A stretch of 62,419 nucleotides of DNA from NCBI GenBank assembly GCA_026981935.1, contig JALSIC010000056.1:1-62419 (forward strand). Reading direction: 5' to 3'. The notes below the pieces were generated by a model. It saw only the letters and a program-made list of their open reading frames with translations, did no database searches and was not told the DNA's origin. The stretch comes from Gammaproteobacteria bacterium. GTDB lineage: Bacteria; Pseudomonadota; Gammaproteobacteria; SZUA-140. Made by a program: the position numbers and the translations under genes. The first letter of the stretch is position 1, and each line of letters starts with the position of its first letter. Positions 10,910-22,188 of the stretch are shown here, piece by piece.

Positions 10910-13153
10910 TTGAGCGCCCCAGACCCGGCATCCAATCCGCCTGCCCTGCCCCTGCCACCCCGGGCAGGCGACCTGTTCGCAGCCAGCGGACTGGCGGAGG
11001 TGCTGGGCGAATACCTGGACGAGGCACAGGTCGCCGCCGTGCGGCGGGCCTATGAGTTCGGCGCCGAGGCACACAAGGGACAACGGCGCCGTTCCGGCGA
11101 ACCCTACATCACCCACCCCCTGGCGGTGGCGCGCATCCTGGCGGAGATGCGCATGAATACCGAGTGCATCCAGGCGGCCATCCTCCACGACGTGATCGAG
11201 GACACGCCCATTCCCAAGGAGGAGATCGAGGGGCGGTTCGGCGCCGAGGTGGCGGAGATGGTGGACGGCGTGAGCAAGCTCACCCAGATCCGCTTCGAGA
11301 GCCACATGGAGGAGCAGGCCGAGAATTTCCGCAAGATGCTGCTGGCCACGGTTCAGGACATCCGGGTCATCATCATCAAGCTGGCGGACCGTCTGCACAA
11401 CATGCGCACCCTGGGCGCCATGCCTGCCGCGGCACGCCGCCGCATCGCCCGCGAGACCCTGGAGATCTACGCGCCCATTGCCAACCGCCTCGGGATGAGT
11501 ACCCTGCGCACGGAACTCCAGGAGCTGGGTTTTGCCGAGTACTATCCCATGCGTTACCGCATTCTGGCGGAGGCGGTGCGCAAGGCCCGCGGCAATCGCA
11601 AGGAGGTCATCACCCGCATCCGCGAGACCATCGAGCAGCGCCTGGAAATGGAGGGGCTGCAGGGGCGGGTGGAAGGCCGGGAAAAACATCTCTACAGCAT
11701 CTATGAGAAGATGCGCAGCAAGCACCTCTCTTTTTCCGAGGTCTTCGATGTCTACGCCTTTCGCATCATCGTGGATTCCGTGGATGCCTGTTACCGCATG
11801 CTGGGCGTGATCCACAATCTCTACAAGCCGGTGCCGGGCAAGTTCAAGGACTATATCGCCATTCCCAAGGCCAACGGTTATCAATCCCTGCACACGGTGC
11901 TGTTCGGCCCCTATGGCCTGCCCATCGAGGTGCAGATCCGTTCCGAGGAGATGCAGAAGGTGGCCGAAGCGGGGGTGGCCGCCCACTGGCTGTACAAGCT
12001 GGGCGACAACGATTCGCCCCAGAGCACCACCCAGAAGCGCATCCGCGAGTGGATGCGGGGCCTGCTGGAACTGCAGAAGAATGCCGGCAATTCCCTGGAT
12101 TTCCTGGAAAACGTCAAGATCGACCTGTTTCCTGACGAGGTCTACGTGTTCACCCCCAAGGGGCGTATCATGGCGCTGCCCCGCGGCGCCACGGCGGTGG
12201 ACTTTGCCTATGCGGTGCATACGGACGTGGGCAACACCTGCGTGGCGGCGAAGATCGACCGGCAGCTGGCGCCCCTGAGTTCGCCCCTGCAGAACGGCCA
12301 GTCGGTGGAGATCATCACCGCCCCCGGGGCGCGGCCCAACCCCACCTGGCTCAATTTCGTGGTCACCGCCAAGGCCCGTTCCACCATCCGCAACTATCTG
12401 AAGAATCTCAAGCGCGAGGAATCCATCAGCCTGGGCCGGCGCCTCCTGGAACAGGCCCTGCGCACCCACGGCCTGAGTCTTGCGGAGCTGGAATCACGCA
12501 GCGCCTCCCTGCTGGCGGAATTCAGGTGCAAGCGGGTGGAGGACCTCTTCGAGGACATCGGCCTGGGCAACCGCCTGGCACCCCTGGTGGCGCAACGCCT
12601 GGAAGAACTGGTGGCCGACGGCGGGCAGACGCCGCGCCGGCCACGTGCCATCCGGGACGTGTTCGCGCGTTATGTGCCGGCCTGGCTGGGGGGGGCGCGC
12701 AGCAGTCCCCGGCCTCTCGTCATCAAGGGCACGGAGGGCATGGTGGTCACGTTCGCCAAGTGCTGTCATCCCATCCCCGGCGACCCCATCCAGGGTTTCG
12801 TGTCCGCCGGCCGTGGCATCGTGATCCATACCGAGTCCTGCAAGAACATCAAGGAATTCCGCAAGCACCCGGAGAAGTGGGTCAACGTCCAGTGGCAGAC
12901 CGACATCGAAGAGGAGTTCCCCGTGGAGATCCGGGTCTACGTGGTCAACCGCCGCGGCGTGCTGGCCACCGTGGCCGCCGCCATCTCGGAAATGGACATC
13001 AACATCAGTAACGTGGTCATCGAGGAGCACGACGGCAAGTACAGTTCCATCGTGTTCACCATTGCGGTGCGCGGACGCGTGCACCTCGCGCGGCTCATGC
13101 GCCATATCCGCACCATCGACATGGTGGTGAAGATTGCCCGGAAGAAGGGATGA
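10910..13153 (+). CDS. spoT: Bifunctional (p)ppGpp synthetase/hydrolase
   Basis: SGEPYITHP, LHDVIEDT (HD domain), KLADRLHNMRTL, NGYQSLHT, TGS and ACT domains. Confidence 0.97.
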   Translation: MSAPDPASNPPALPLPPRAGDLFAASGLAEVLGEYLDEAQVAAVRRAYEFGAEAHKGQRRRSGEPYITHPLAVARILAEMRMNTECIQAAILHDVIEDTPIPKEEIEGRFGAEVAEMVDGVSKLTQIRFESHMEEQAENFRKMLLATVQDIRVIIIKLADRLHNMRTLGAMPAAARRRIARETLEIYAPIANRLGMSTLRTELQELGFAEYYPMRYRILAEAVRKARGNRKEVITRIRETIEQRLEMEGLQGRVEGREKHLYSIYEKMRSKHLSFSEVFDVYAFRIIVDSVDACYRMLGVIHNLYKPVPGKFKDYIAIPKANGYQSLHTVLFGPYGLPIEVQIRSEEMQKVAEAGVAAHWLYKLGDNDSPQSTTQKRIREWMRGLLELQKNAGNSLDFLENVKIDLFPDEVYVFTPKGRIMALPRGATAVDFAYAVHTDVGNTCVAAKIDRQLAPLSSPLQNGQSVEIITAPGARPNPTWLNFVVTAKARSTIRNYLKNLKREESISLGRRLLEQALRTHGLSLAELESRSASLLAEFRCKRVEDLFEDIGLGNRLAPLVAQRLEELVADGGQTPRRPRAIRDVFARYVPAWLGGARSSPRPLVIKGTEGMVVTFAKCCHPIPGDPIQGFVSAGRGIVIHTESCKNIKEFRKHPEKWVNVQWQTDIEEEFPVEIRVYVVNRRGVLATVAAAISEMDINISNVVIEEHDGKYSSIVFTIAVRGRVHLARLMRHIRTIDMVVKIARKKG

Positions 13154-13155
13154 TA

Positions 13156-13436
13156 TTAACCCGGCAACAATATATGTCATGTTCAGCCGCCGCGTGCGGA
13201 CACGCAGCAAGGCGGCGGAGCGCCGCTGTAGCCATTCTACAGCAAGCTTCGCCAACACCGTCTGCGTGCGCGCACGCGGCGGCCTGCCATATGAATTTCA
13301 ACAAGTCAGGCGTTTCAGGCAGGCGCCGGCTCGGTGTTGCGGCACTTGGCAAGGGCCGGGCCATTCCCTGCGTGCCGCGCCTTGATCCAGCGCCTGCCTG
13401 AAACGCTGAACGCGATATATATTGTTGCCGGGTTAA
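13156..13436. mobile_element. MITE family B, full copy (281 bp)
   Basis: 20-bp perfect TIR TTAACCCGGCAACAATATAT (about 32 bp imperfect), flanked by TA (13154-55, 13437-38); second copy at 62297. Confidence 0.88.
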
Positions 13437-13468
13437 TAAATTGAGTCACGATTGATGAAGGGGGAGGC

Positions 13469-13852
13469 ATGAAGAGGGAGATCATCGACACCCGGGAGGC
13501 ACCCGACGCCATAGGCACGTATTCCCAGGCCGTGAAAGTGGGGCAGACCGTGTACCTGTCGGGCCAGATACCGCTGGATCCCGCCACCATGACGCTGGTG
13601 GCAGGAGACATGGAGGCACAGATCGTGCGGGTCTTCGAGAATCTGCGCGCCGTGGCCCGGGCCGCAGGCGGCGATCTGCAGGATGTCGTCAAGCTCAATG
13701 TCTATCTCACCGATCTGGCGCATTTCCCCCTCGTCAACGAGATCATGGCGCGTTATTTTCAGGCACCCTACCCGGCCCGGGCCGCGGTGCAGGTGGCCGC
13801 CCTGCCCAAGGGGGCTGCGGTGGAGATGGATGCTGTCATGCACCTGGCCTGA
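13469..13852 (+). CDS. RidA/YjgF family enamine deaminase
   Basis: [35 protein letters not shown]. Confidence 0.95.
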   Translation: MKREIIDTREAPDAIGTYSQAVKVGQTVYLSGQIPLDPATMTLVAGDMEAQIVRVFENLRAVARAAGGDLQDVVKLNVYLTDLAHFPLVNEIMARYFQAPYPARAAVQVAALPKGAAVEMDAVMHLA

Positions 13853-13882
13853 TGCCGCCCTCCCTCGTATCGCGGGGCATGC

Positions 13883-16018
13883 ATGGGACAATCGCTCACA
13901 AGGGTGCCGGGCAATGCCGTCCGTCTGACGGTGGACAGCCCGGTGACGGCCCTGCGGGGGGTCGGCGGACAGCTGGCTGCACGCCTGGCGCGCCTGGAAA
14001 TCCGGACCGTGGGCGACCTGCTGTTTCATCTGCCCCTGCGCTACCAGGATCGTACCCGTGTCCTGCCCATGGGCGCCTTGCGCCCCGGCATGGAGGCGCT
14101 GGTGTGCGGGCAGGTCCAGCTCACCCAGGTCAAGTATGGCCGGCGACGCATGCTGCTCTCGCGCCTGAACGACGGGACGGGAACGCTCACCCTGCGTTTT
14201 TTCCATTTCGGCGCCGCGCAGCAGCAGGCCCTGGAAAAGGGCGTGTGGCTGCAATGTTTCGGTGAGATCCGCAAGGGCCCGGCCACGCTGGAAATGGTCC
14301 ACCCCGAATACCGGCGCCTTGCCGGCGGGGTCCCCGAGCCTGCCACGACGCTGACACCGGTCTATCCCGCCACCGAGGGGGTGGGACAGCACACGCTGCG
14401 CAGGCTGGTGACCCAGGCCCTGGCATCGCTGTTGCCGGAACCGGCCGATGAGCACGGGCGGGGCGGGATTGCGGAGCTGGTGCCGGAGAGCCTGCTGGCG
14501 CGCTGGTCCCTGCCCTCGCTGCGCGAGGCCCTGGACTGGATCCACCGTCCGCCCGCGGACACGGATCTTCGCGGCCTGGAAGCGGGCACCCATCCCATGC
14601 GCCGGCGTCTTGCCTGGGAGGAGCTGCTGGCCCATCACCTGAGCCTGCGCCGCCTGCGTCATCAGCGGCGGTGTCACCGCGCGCCGGTCCTCGAGGGCGA
14701 CGGTGCCCTGGTGGCGGCCTTCCTGCGCGCACTGCCCTTCGAGCCCACCGGTGCCCAGCGCCGCGTCCTCGCCGAGATCCGCCGCGACCTGGCGCGGCCT
14801 GTGCCCATGCAGCGCCTGGTACAGGGGGATGTGGGATCCGGCAAGACCCTGGTGGCGGCCGGGGCGGTGCTGGCGGCGGTGGAGGCCGGCTGGCAGGCGG
14901 CGGTGATGGCCCCCACCGAGCTGCTGGCGGAGCAGCATTATCACAATTTCCGGAGCTGGCTGGCACCGCTGGGGGTACAGGTGGCCTGGTTGTCGGGAAG
15001 GAGCCGGGGCCAGGCGCGTGAGGAGGCCTTGCAGGCGATTGCCGCGGGGCGGACCGCCGTGGCGGTGGGAACCCATGCCCTGTTTCAGGACGCGGTGACC
15101 TTTGCCGCCCTGGGACTGGTGGTGGTGGACGAGCAGCATCGCTTCGGGGTGCATCAGCGCCTGGCGCTCCGGGAGAAGGGCCGGCAGGGGGACCGGAGGC
15201 CGCACCAGCTCATCATGACGGCCACGCCCATCCCGCGTACCCTCATGATGAGCGCCTATGCCGATCTGGACTGCTCGGTGATCGACGAGCTGCCACCCGG
15301 TCGTCAGACGGTGGATACCGTCATCGTCTCCGGCCGGCGTCGCGCCGAGGTGCTGGCGCGGGTGCGCCATGTCTGCCGGGCCGGCCGCCAGGCCTATTGG
15401 GTCTGTCCTCTCATCGAGGAATCGGAGCAGCTCCAGTGCCAGGCCGCCACGGAGACCGCGGCAATGCTCGCCGAGGCCCTGCCGGAGTTGCGCGTGGGGC
15501 TGGTCCACGGACGCCTTGCACCGGCGGAGAAGGAGGCGGTGATGGGCGACTTCAAATCCGGCGGGATTCATCTCCTGGTGGCCACTACCGTGATCGAGGT
15601 GGGGGTCGATGTGCCCAATGCCAGCCTCATGATCATCGAGAACGCCGAGCGCCTGGGGCTTGCCCAGCTTCACCAGCTGCGCGGCCGGGTGGGCCGGGGC
15701 AGTGAGAAAAGCGTCTGTGTTCTGATGTATCATGCCCCGCTGTCGGCCCGCGGGCGCGAGCGCCTCGCGGCCCTGCGCGACTGCAATGACGGTTTCGAGA
15801 TCGCGCGCCGCGACCTGGCGCTGCGGGGGCCGGGGGAGGTGCTGGGCACGCGCCAGGCGGGCCTGGCCCAGTTGCGGGTCGCCGATCTGTTGCGTGACCA
15901 GGACCTGCTCCCCCAGGTGAATGAAGCGGCCCGGATATTGTTGCAGGAATATCCGGAGCGGGTGCCGTCCCTGATCCGCCGCTGGCTGGGGGATGGCGCA
16001 AAGTATGCCGGCGTGTGA
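13883..16018 (+). CDS. recG: ATP-dependent DNA helicase RecG
   Basis: QGDVGSGKT, DEQHRFGV, MTATPIPRTL, QLRGRVGRG, RGPGEVLGTRQ. Confidence 0.98.
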   Translation: MGQSLTRVPGNAVRLTVDSPVTALRGVGGQLAARLARLEIRTVGDLLFHLPLRYQDRTRVLPMGALRPGMEALVCGQVQLTQVKYGRRRMLLSRLNDGTGTLTLRFFHFGAAQQQALEKGVWLQCFGEIRKGPATLEMVHPEYRRLAGGVPEPATTLTPVYPATEGVGQHTLRRLVTQALASLLPEPADEHGRGGIAELVPESLLARWSLPSLREALDWIHRPPADTDLRGLEAGTHPMRRRLAWEELLAHHLSLRRLRHQRRCHRAPVLEGDGALVAAFLRALPFEPTGAQRRVLAEIRRDLARPVPMQRLVQGDVGSGKTLVAAGAVLAAVEAGWQAAVMAPTELLAEQHYHNFRSWLAPLGVQVAWLSGRSRGQAREEALQAIAAGRTAVAVGTHALFQDAVTFAALGLVVVDEQHRFGVHQRLALREKGRQGDRRPHQLIMTATPIPRTLMMSAYADLDCSVIDELPPGRQTVDTVIVSGRRRAEVLARVRHVCRAGRQAYWVCPLIEESEQLQCQAATETAAMLAEALPELRVGLVHGRLAPAEKEAVMGDFKSGGIHLLVATTVIEVGVDVPNASLMIIENAERLGLAQLHQLRGRVGRGSEKSVCVLMYHAPLSARGRERLAALRDCNDGFEIARRDLALRGPGEVLGTRQAGLAQLRVADLLRDQDLLPQVNEAARILLQEYPERVPSLIRRWLGDGAKYAGV

Positions 16019-16068
16019 GACGCCCGGGATGGGCCGGGATGGAAAAGGGTTCGAGAGGAAAAAGAAGC

Positions 16069-16692
16069 ATGAACAGCGTGCAGGAGGCGGGGCATGGGTC
16101 CCGTCCGGAAGGCCTGGGATGGATGGCGGGCGGGCTGCGCTGGCGTCCGCCGGCGGTGCTGGGAAAGTACCGCCTGCCCCGGGGGCTCGCATCCTGGCTG
16201 CTGGACGACTCCTCGCTTACCCGCCGTCTGCAACGGCGTTGCCACGGCGCCTTCCGGGTGCGCATACTGGATCAGGGCTGGCGCCGGCCACTGGAGGATG
16301 AGCGGCGCGCCCTGGGGCTGCGTCCCCGGGCCAGGGCGTGGGTGCGCCAGGTCCATCTGCTCTGCGACGGGCGGCCCTGGGTGTATGCCCGCACCGTGAT
16401 TCCCGCCGCCACCCTCCACGGGGGGCAGCAGCGCTTGGCGCGCCTGGGCGAGCGCCCCCTGGGGGCCATGCTGTTCGCCGATTGCACCGTGCGCCGGGGT
16501 GGCCTGGAGATCGCGCGCATCGCGGCGGGGCATCCGCTTTTCCGTGCCGCCCTGGGAGAGGATGCGCCGGGGAGCGCCGCCGTGGCGGCGATCTGGGGGC
16601 GGCGTTCGCTGTTTTTTTTTGGCACGCGCCCCCTCCTGGTGAGCGAGATTTTTCTGCCCGCACTCGTTGGCACTTCGGAAGTGCCGCGGTGA
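16069..16692 (+). CDS. ubiC: Chorismate pyruvate-lyase
   Basis: [48 protein letters not shown]; upstream of ubiA. Confidence 0.92.
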   Translation: MNSVQEAGHGSRPEGLGWMAGGLRWRPPAVLGKYRLPRGLASWLLDDSSLTRRLQRRCHGAFRVRILDQGWRRPLEDERRALGLRPRARAWVRQVHLLCDGRPWVYARTVIPAATLHGGQQRLARLGERPLGAMLFADCTVRRGGLEIARIAAGHPLFRAALGEDAPGSAAVAAIWGRRSLFFFGTRPLLVSEIFLPALVGTSEVPR

Positions 16693-16714
16693 CGGAAGGG
16701 GGAGAGGAGACAGG

Positions 16715-17704
16715 ATGCGTCTGCACATGAATCGGTCCGGCAGTCCAGCAGGTGGTTCCTCCGGCAGGATGACGGACAGATCCCGGAGCAGATCCCGGCG
16801 CGATGCCTCTGGAAATGCCCCTGGAAATGCCCCTGGGAATGCCTCTGTCCGTGCGCCGGGACTGGGGGCCTATCTGCGCCTCATGCGTTTCGACCGGCCC
16901 ATCGGCATCATGCTCCTGCTGTGGCCCACGCTCTGGGCGTTGTGGATGGCCGCCGGCGGTCTGCCCGACGGGCACGTGGCACTGGTGTTCGTGCTGGGGG
17001 TGGTGCTCATGCGCGCCGCCGGCTGCGTCATCAACGACTATGCCGACCGTGGCTTCGACCCCTTCGTGGCCCGCACCCGCAACCGTCCCCTGGCGCGCGG
17101 CGAGATCAGTCCCCGCGCGGCCCTGGTGCTGTTCGTGGTGCTGTGCCTGGCGGCCTTTGCCCTCGTATTGACCTTGAACACCCTGACCGTCCTGCTCTCC
17201 TTCGTGGGTGCCTTCCTCGCCGCCACCTACCCTTTCGTGAAACGCTATTCCCACCTGCCCCAGATCTATCTGGGCGCGGCCTTCGGCTGGGCGGTGCCCA
17301 TGGTCTTTGCGGCCCAGACCGGCGCGGTGCCCCGCGAGGCCTGGCTGCTGTTCCTGGCCACGGTGCTGTGGGCCACGGCCTATGACACCATGTATGCCAT
17401 GGTGGACCGGGAAGACGATCTCAAGATCGGGGTCAAGTCCACCGCGATCCTGTTCGGCGATGCCGACCGCCTCATCATCGGGCTCATCCAGGGCCTGTTC
17501 TTTCTCGTCATGTGGCTGCTGGGACGGCAACTGGAACTGGGTTTCTGGTATGATCTGGGGCTGGCCGCGGCCGGGGTGCTGGCGCTCTATCAGCAGTACC
17601 TGATACGCTACCGCGAGCCCCGCGCCTGTTTTCGCGCCTTTCTCAACAACAACTGGCTGGGTGCGGTGATTTTCGCCGGTGTCGCCATGGCGTATCTGGG
17701 ATGA
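16715..17704 (+). CDS. ubiA: 4-hydroxybenzoate octaprenyltransferase, with repetitive N-terminal extension; start uncertain
   Basis: [42 protein letters not shown]. Confidence 0.96.
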   Translation: MRLHMNRSGSPAGGSSGRMTDRSRSRSRRDASGNAPGNAPGNASVRAPGLGAYLRLMRFDRPIGIMLLLWPTLWALWMAAGGLPDGHVALVFVLGVVLMRAAGCVINDYADRGFDPFVARTRNRPLARGEISPRAALVLFVVLCLAAFALVLTLNTLTVLLSFVGAFLAATYPFVKRYSHLPQIYLGAAFGWAVPMVFAAQTGAVPREAWLLFLATVLWATAYDTMYAMVDREDDLKIGVKSTAILFGDADRLIIGLIQGLFFLVMWLLGRQLELGFWYDLGLAAAGVLALYQQYLIRYREPRACFRAFLNNNWLGAVIFAGVAMAYLG

Positions 17705-17743
17705 TCTTGTCCAACCTTGCGTTTTAGCCGCTGAGGAAGTTCA

Positions 17744-18712
17744 TTGCTGTTATCGATCGGTGCCGTCGTGGGCGGCTTTGTGCTCTTGGTCTGGGGCGCG
17801 GAACGCTTCGTCGTCGGCGCCTCCGCCACGGCGCGCAATCTCGGTGTTTCGCCGCTCATCATCGGGCTGACCATTGTCGCCCTGGGGACATCCGCGCCCG
17901 AGATGGTGGTCTCTGCCGTCGCCTCCTGGCAGGGCAGCACGGGCATCGCCTTCGGCAATGCCATCGGTTCCAATATCACCAACATCTCCCTGGTGCTGGG
18001 GGCCACGGCGCTCATCGTACCGCTCCAGGTCCGGTCGGACACCTTGCGCCGCGAGTTGCCCATTCTCCTGCTGATCATGTTCTTCGGCCTGTCCCTGATT
18101 CTCGATGGGGACATGAATCGTGGCGATGGTCTGCTCTTGTTCGCGGGACTGGCCATCATGATCTACTGGCTGGTGCGCCTGGGCTTGCGCAGCCGGGGCA
18201 CGGATCCCATCGTCAGCGAATTCGAGCACGAGATTCCGGAGCAGATGCCCCCCATCCGGGCCCTGGCGTGGCTGTTTCTGGGGATGGTGATCCTCTTCGT
18301 CAGTTCCCGCATCCTGGTGTGGGGGGCGGTGAACATCGCCCAGGCCCTGGGGGTGAGCGACCTGGTGATCGGCCTGACCATCATCGCCATCGGTACCAGC
18401 CTGCCGGAGCTGGCGGCCTGCATCATGAGTGCGCTCAAGAACGAGCCCGACATCGCGGTGGGCAACGTCATCGGTTCCAACATGTTCAATCTCCTGGGGG
18501 TGATGGCCATGCCGGGGCTGCTGGCGCCCGGACTGGTGAACGAAGGCGTGCTGGTGCGGGACTATCCGTGGATGCTGGTTCTGACCCTCGCCCTGTTCGT
18601 CATGGCCTATGGATTCCGCGGTCCCGGCCGTATCAACCGTCCGGAGGGGGGGCTGTTGCTGGCGGCCTATGCCGGCTACCTGTATGTGCTCTACCGGGCC
18701 CACGGCGCCTGA
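17744..18712 (+). CDS. yrbG: Ca2+/Na+ antiporter (YrbG family)
   Basis: Two alpha repeats GTSAPE/GTSLPE and GNAIGSNI/GNVIGSNM; position before kdsD. Confidence 0.92.
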   Translation: MLLSIGAVVGGFVLLVWGAERFVVGASATARNLGVSPLIIGLTIVALGTSAPEMVVSAVASWQGSTGIAFGNAIGSNITNISLVLGATALIVPLQVRSDTLRRELPILLLIMFFGLSLILDGDMNRGDGLLLFAGLAIMIYWLVRLGLRSRGTDPIVSEFEHEIPEQMPPIRALAWLFLGMVILFVSSRILVWGAVNIAQALGVSDLVIGLTIIAIGTSLPELAACIMSALKNEPDIAVGNVIGSNMFNLLGVMAMPGLLAPGLVNEGVLVRDYPWMLVLTLALFVMAYGFRGPGRINRPEGGLLLAAYAGYLYVLYRAHGA

Positions 18713-18885
18713 ACAGTGGCTGATGTGTGCCTTTGCAGTCCTGGATTGAGTACACTACGGGTGATGTGCGGAAAGACACCGCGCAGTGTTTCCGGGGCCT
18801 GAAGAGATCCTGAAGCGATCTGGGCAAGAGATTTGGGGAGATCCCATATTCAGGCGATGACACTGAGTTCGAAAGGAGTGCTGAC

Positions 18886-19914
18886 TTGAAAGAAAACACC
18901 CTGGCCGTGGAAACCCGCGAGCCTGCGCCGGCCCTGGCGCCCGGCGAGGCGGAGCGGCTGCGCGCGCTGGGTCTGGCGGTGATCCGCACCGAGGCCGAGG
19001 CAGTGGCCGCCCTGGCGGGGCGCATCGGCGATGCCTTCGTGCGTGCCTGCACCTACATGCTCCATTGCGAGGGCCGCATCGTGGTCCTGGGGATGGGCAA
19101 GTCGGGCCATATCGGGAGCAAGATTGCGGCCACCCTGGCCAGTACGGGCAGTCCGGCCTTTTTCGTCCACCCCGGCGAGGCGAGTCATGGCGATCTGGGC
19201 ATGATCACGGGCAGGGACGTGGTGCTGGCCATTTCCAACTCCGGTGAAACCGAGGAGATCCTCACCATCCTGCCGCTCATCAAGCGCCTGGGCGTGCCGC
19301 TCATCAGCCTCACGGGGCGGCCGCAGTCCACCCTGGCGCGGACCGCCGATGTCAACCTGGACGTCAGCGTGCAACAGGAGGCCTGCCCCCTGGGGCTCGC
19401 GCCCACCTCCAGCACCACTGCGACCCTGGTGATGGGGGATGCCCTGGCGGTGTCGCTGCTGGAGGCGCGGGGGTTCACCGCAGAGGATTTCGCCCGTTCC
19501 CATCCCGGCGGGCGCCTGGGCAGGCGCCTGCTGCTGCTGGTGAAGGACATCATGCATACCGGGGATGCCATTCCCATGGTGGATGTCTCGGCCCGCCTCG
19601 GTGAGGCCCTGGTGGAGATGACCAACAAGGGACTGGGCATGACCGCGGTGGTGGATGGCGATGCGCGCCTCGTGGGCATCTTCACCGACGGCGATCTGCG
19701 CCGCGCCCTGGATCATCGTATCGATGTGCACGAGGCGCGGGTGGCCGAGGTGATGACACCGCACGGCAAGACCGTCACGGCGGATATGCTGGCGGCGGAG
19801 GCCCTGCAGTTCATGGAGGCGAGCAAGATCAACGGCCTGTTCGTGGTGGACGAGGACGACCGCATCGTGGGGGCCTTCAACATGCACGACCTGTTGCGGG
19901 CCGGTGTGGTATGA
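18886..19914 (+). CDS. kdsD: Arabinose-5-phosphate isomerase (SIS + CBS)
   Basis: GMGKSGHIG, HPGEASHGDLG, LAPTSSTT, SHPGGRLG. Confidence 0.96.
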   Translation: MKENTLAVETREPAPALAPGEAERLRALGLAVIRTEAEAVAALAGRIGDAFVRACTYMLHCEGRIVVLGMGKSGHIGSKIAATLASTGSPAFFVHPGEASHGDLGMITGRDVVLAISNSGETEEILTILPLIKRLGVPLISLTGRPQSTLARTADVNLDVSVQQEACPLGLAPTSSTTATLVMGDALAVSLLEARGFTAEDFARSHPGGRLGRRLLLLVKDIMHTGDAIPMVDVSARLGEALVEMTNKGLGMTAVVDGDARLVGIFTDGDLRRALDHRIDVHEARVAEVMTPHGKTVTADMLAAEALQFMEASKINGLFVVDEDDRIVGAFNMHDLLRAGVV

Positions 19915-19957
19915 GGCGTGGTGTGAGCGGCCGTCACGCAGGGGCCGGGAGACCGGC

Positions 19958-20488
19958 ATGATGCAGGACGTGATGCAGCGTGCCGCGCGGGTGCGCCTGG
20001 TGGTCTTCGATGTGGACGGCGTGCTCACCGACGGCGGCCTGTTCATCGACACCGAGGGGCGGGAACACAAAGTGTTCCATTCCCGGGACGGTCACGGCAT
20101 GAAGATGCTGCAACAGAGCGGGGTGGCCATCGCCATCATCACCGGCCGTTCCTCGCCCGCCGTGGCGCACCGCATGGCGAGCCTGGGCATCGAGCATGTC
20201 TATCAGGGGCAGCAGGACAAGCTGCCGGCCTTTCGTGCCTTGCTGCAGTCCCTGTCGCTCTCCGAGGCGCAGACCGCCTACGTGGGTGACGATGTGGTGG
20301 ACCTGCCGGTGATGCGCCGGGCGGGTCTGGCCGTGGCGGTGCAGGACGCCCATGAGCTGGTGAAACGTCATGCCCACTGGATTACGGCGCACGAGGGGGG
20401 GCGCGGCGCCGCCCGTGACGTGTGCGAACTGATCATGGAGGCCCAGGGTCACCTGGAAGCCGCCCTGGGCGCCTATCTGGAGTCCTGA
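19958..20488 (+). CDS. kdsC: KDO-8-phosphate phosphatase
   Basis: FDVDGVLTDG, DGHG, YVGDDVVD, GGRGAARDVCE. Confidence 0.96.
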   Translation: MMQDVMQRAARVRLVVFDVDGVLTDGGLFIDTEGREHKVFHSRDGHGMKMLQQSGVAIAIITGRSSPAVAHRMASLGIEHVYQGQQDKLPAFRALLQSLSLSEAQTAYVGDDVVDLPVMRRAGLAVAVQDAHELVKRHAHWITAHEGGRGAARDVCELIMEAQGHLEAALGAYLES

Positions 20489-20507
20489 TGGCGGGCGCGT
20501 CGAGGCC

Positions 20508-21065
20508 ATGTGCATGAGGCGGAAGCGGCGTGCGCCCGGGCCATGGTGGGCCGTGGTGTTGCTGTGCCTGTCCGCGCAGGCTGCGGCATTGCCCTCTGAT
20601 CGTGAACAGCCCATTTTCATCGAGGCCGACAGCGTGGAGATCGATGATGCCCGGGGCATCAGTGTCTACCGTGGCAATGTCCACTATGTCCAGGGTACCA
20701 CCGAGCTGACCGCGGACGAGGCCACCGTCTATTCGGAAAAGCGCAGGCTCAAGAAACTGGTGGCCAAGGGCAGGCCGGCACGCTACAGCACGCTGCCCGA
20801 GGGGGAACAGGTCAAGATGACGGCCGAGGCGCTGACCATCATCTATTTTGCCGACCGGGAGGTCTACGAGTTTCACGAGAAGGCCCACCTGTGGCACAAG
20901 GGCAACGAGTTCTTCGGCGCCTTCATCTCCTATGACGCCCTGCGTGACCGGGTGAACGCGCGCAAGGGAGAGGACGGCGGGGACCGGGTCAGGGTCATCA
21001 TCATGCCGGAGAAAAAGAGCGAGGACGAAACGGCGCCCGCCGATGATGATGCGGCAGGGCGATGA
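20508..21065 (+). CDS. lptA: LPS transport periplasmic protein LptA
   Basis: Signal peptide, then ALPSDREQPIFIEADS, YRGNV, C-terminal RVRVII; directly before lptB. Confidence 0.88.
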   Translation: MCMRRKRRAPGPWWAVVLLCLSAQAAALPSDREQPIFIEADSVEIDDARGISVYRGNVHYVQGTTELTADEATVYSEKRRLKKLVAKGRPARYSTLPEGEQVKMTAEALTIIYFADREVYEFHEKAHLWHKGNEFFGAFISYDALRDRVNARKGEDGGDRVRVIIMPEKKSEDETAPADDDAAGR

Positions 21066-21091
21066 GCGGGCAGGTGGCCTGACGGGATTGC

Positions 21092-21817
21092 ATGGACACC
21101 CTGGCCGTCAGACAGATCGCCAAGCACTATCGCGCCCGCCAGGTGGTCTGCGACGTCTCGCTCACCGTGAAGAGCGGCGAGGTGGTGGGGCTGCTGGGAC
21201 CCAACGGTGCGGGCAAGACCACCACCTTCTACATGATCGTGGGGCTGGTCCCCTGTGATGCGGGTTCCATTCACCTCAACGACCAGGACATCACTGCCTA
21301 TCCCATCCATCGCCGGGCCCGCCTGGGGATCGCCTACCTGCCCCAGGAGGCCTCCGTGTTCCGCAAGCTGTCGGTGGCGGACAATATCCGCGCCATCATC
21401 GAGGCGCGCCCCGACATCGGAGAGGGCGAGGGGCAGCTGATTCTGGAAGAACTTCTGGAGGAACTGCATATCGGCCATCTGCGGGACAGCCTGGGCATGA
21501 GTCTCTCCGGCGGGGAGCGGCGGCGGGTGGAGATCGCGCGCACACTCGCGACGAAGCCCCGTTTCATCCTCCTCGATGAGCCCTTTGCCGGTGTCGATCC
21601 CATTTCGGTGCTGGATATCCAGCGCATCATCCGCCACCTCCAGGAGCGGGAGATCGGCGTGCTCATCACGGATCACAATGTGCGTGAGACATTGGGTATC
21701 TGCGAGCATGCCTATATCATGAACGAGGGCCAGGTGCTGGCGGCAGGCACCCCCGAAGAGATTTTGTCCGACCGCCGGGTGAGGGAGGTTTACCTGGGGC
21801 ACCATTTCCGCCTGTGA
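21092..21817 (+). CDS. lptB: LPS export ABC ATPase
   Basis: [45 protein letters not shown]. Confidence 0.98.
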   Translation: MDTLAVRQIAKHYRARQVVCDVSLTVKSGEVVGLLGPNGAGKTTTFYMIVGLVPCDAGSIHLNDQDITAYPIHRRARLGIAYLPQEASVFRKLSVADNIRAIIEARPDIGEGEGQLILEELLEELHIGHLRDSLGMSLSGGERRRVEIARTLATKPRFILLDEPFAGVDPISVLDIQRIIRHLQEREIGVLITDHNVRETLGICEHAYIMNEGQVLAAGTPEEILSDRRVREVYLGHHFRL

Positions 21818-21836
21818 AGCGAGAAATGGCGTTTTA

Positions 21837-22097
21837 CTAAGACAATCGATAGTAAAGCGACCTTCAGAGCGACCCAGGCGTTTCGGATCAAGGCGCGGCC
21901 CGCAGGGAATGGCTGGCCCTTTCCAAGGGTCGCAACGCCGGGCCGGGACGCCTGGGCCGCTCCCTCCGGGCGGGCGGTCGGCCGGCCATTCGCGGTGTTG
22001 CGGCGGCTTGTACAGGCGCGCTATGGCGCCGCCGCCGCGCCTTGCGACTGACCGCCCAGCCACCCGCTGAAGGTCGCTTTACTATCGATTGTCTTAG
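21837..22097. mobile_element. MITE family A, copy 2
   Basis: TIR CTAAGACAATCGATAGTAAAGCGACCTTCAG (perfectly inverted), TA flanks 21835-36 and 22098-99; inserted between lptB and rpoN. Confidence 0.9.
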
Positions 22098-22188
22098 TAT
22101 TTGCTTCAAAATCGAGTATGATCTATGGGTGAAGAGCAGACAACCGAACGCCGGCGAGAAGCGCCGTCCGCCGGCATGATATGAAGCG

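Noticed and set aside
13433-16192. 919-aa antisense ORF over recG, and similar long antisense ORFs (10811-12469, 24036-25583, 25631-27304, 28729-31284, 30584-32692)
   Set aside because: Shadow ORFs of GC-rich genes on the opposite strand, with no recognisable motifs
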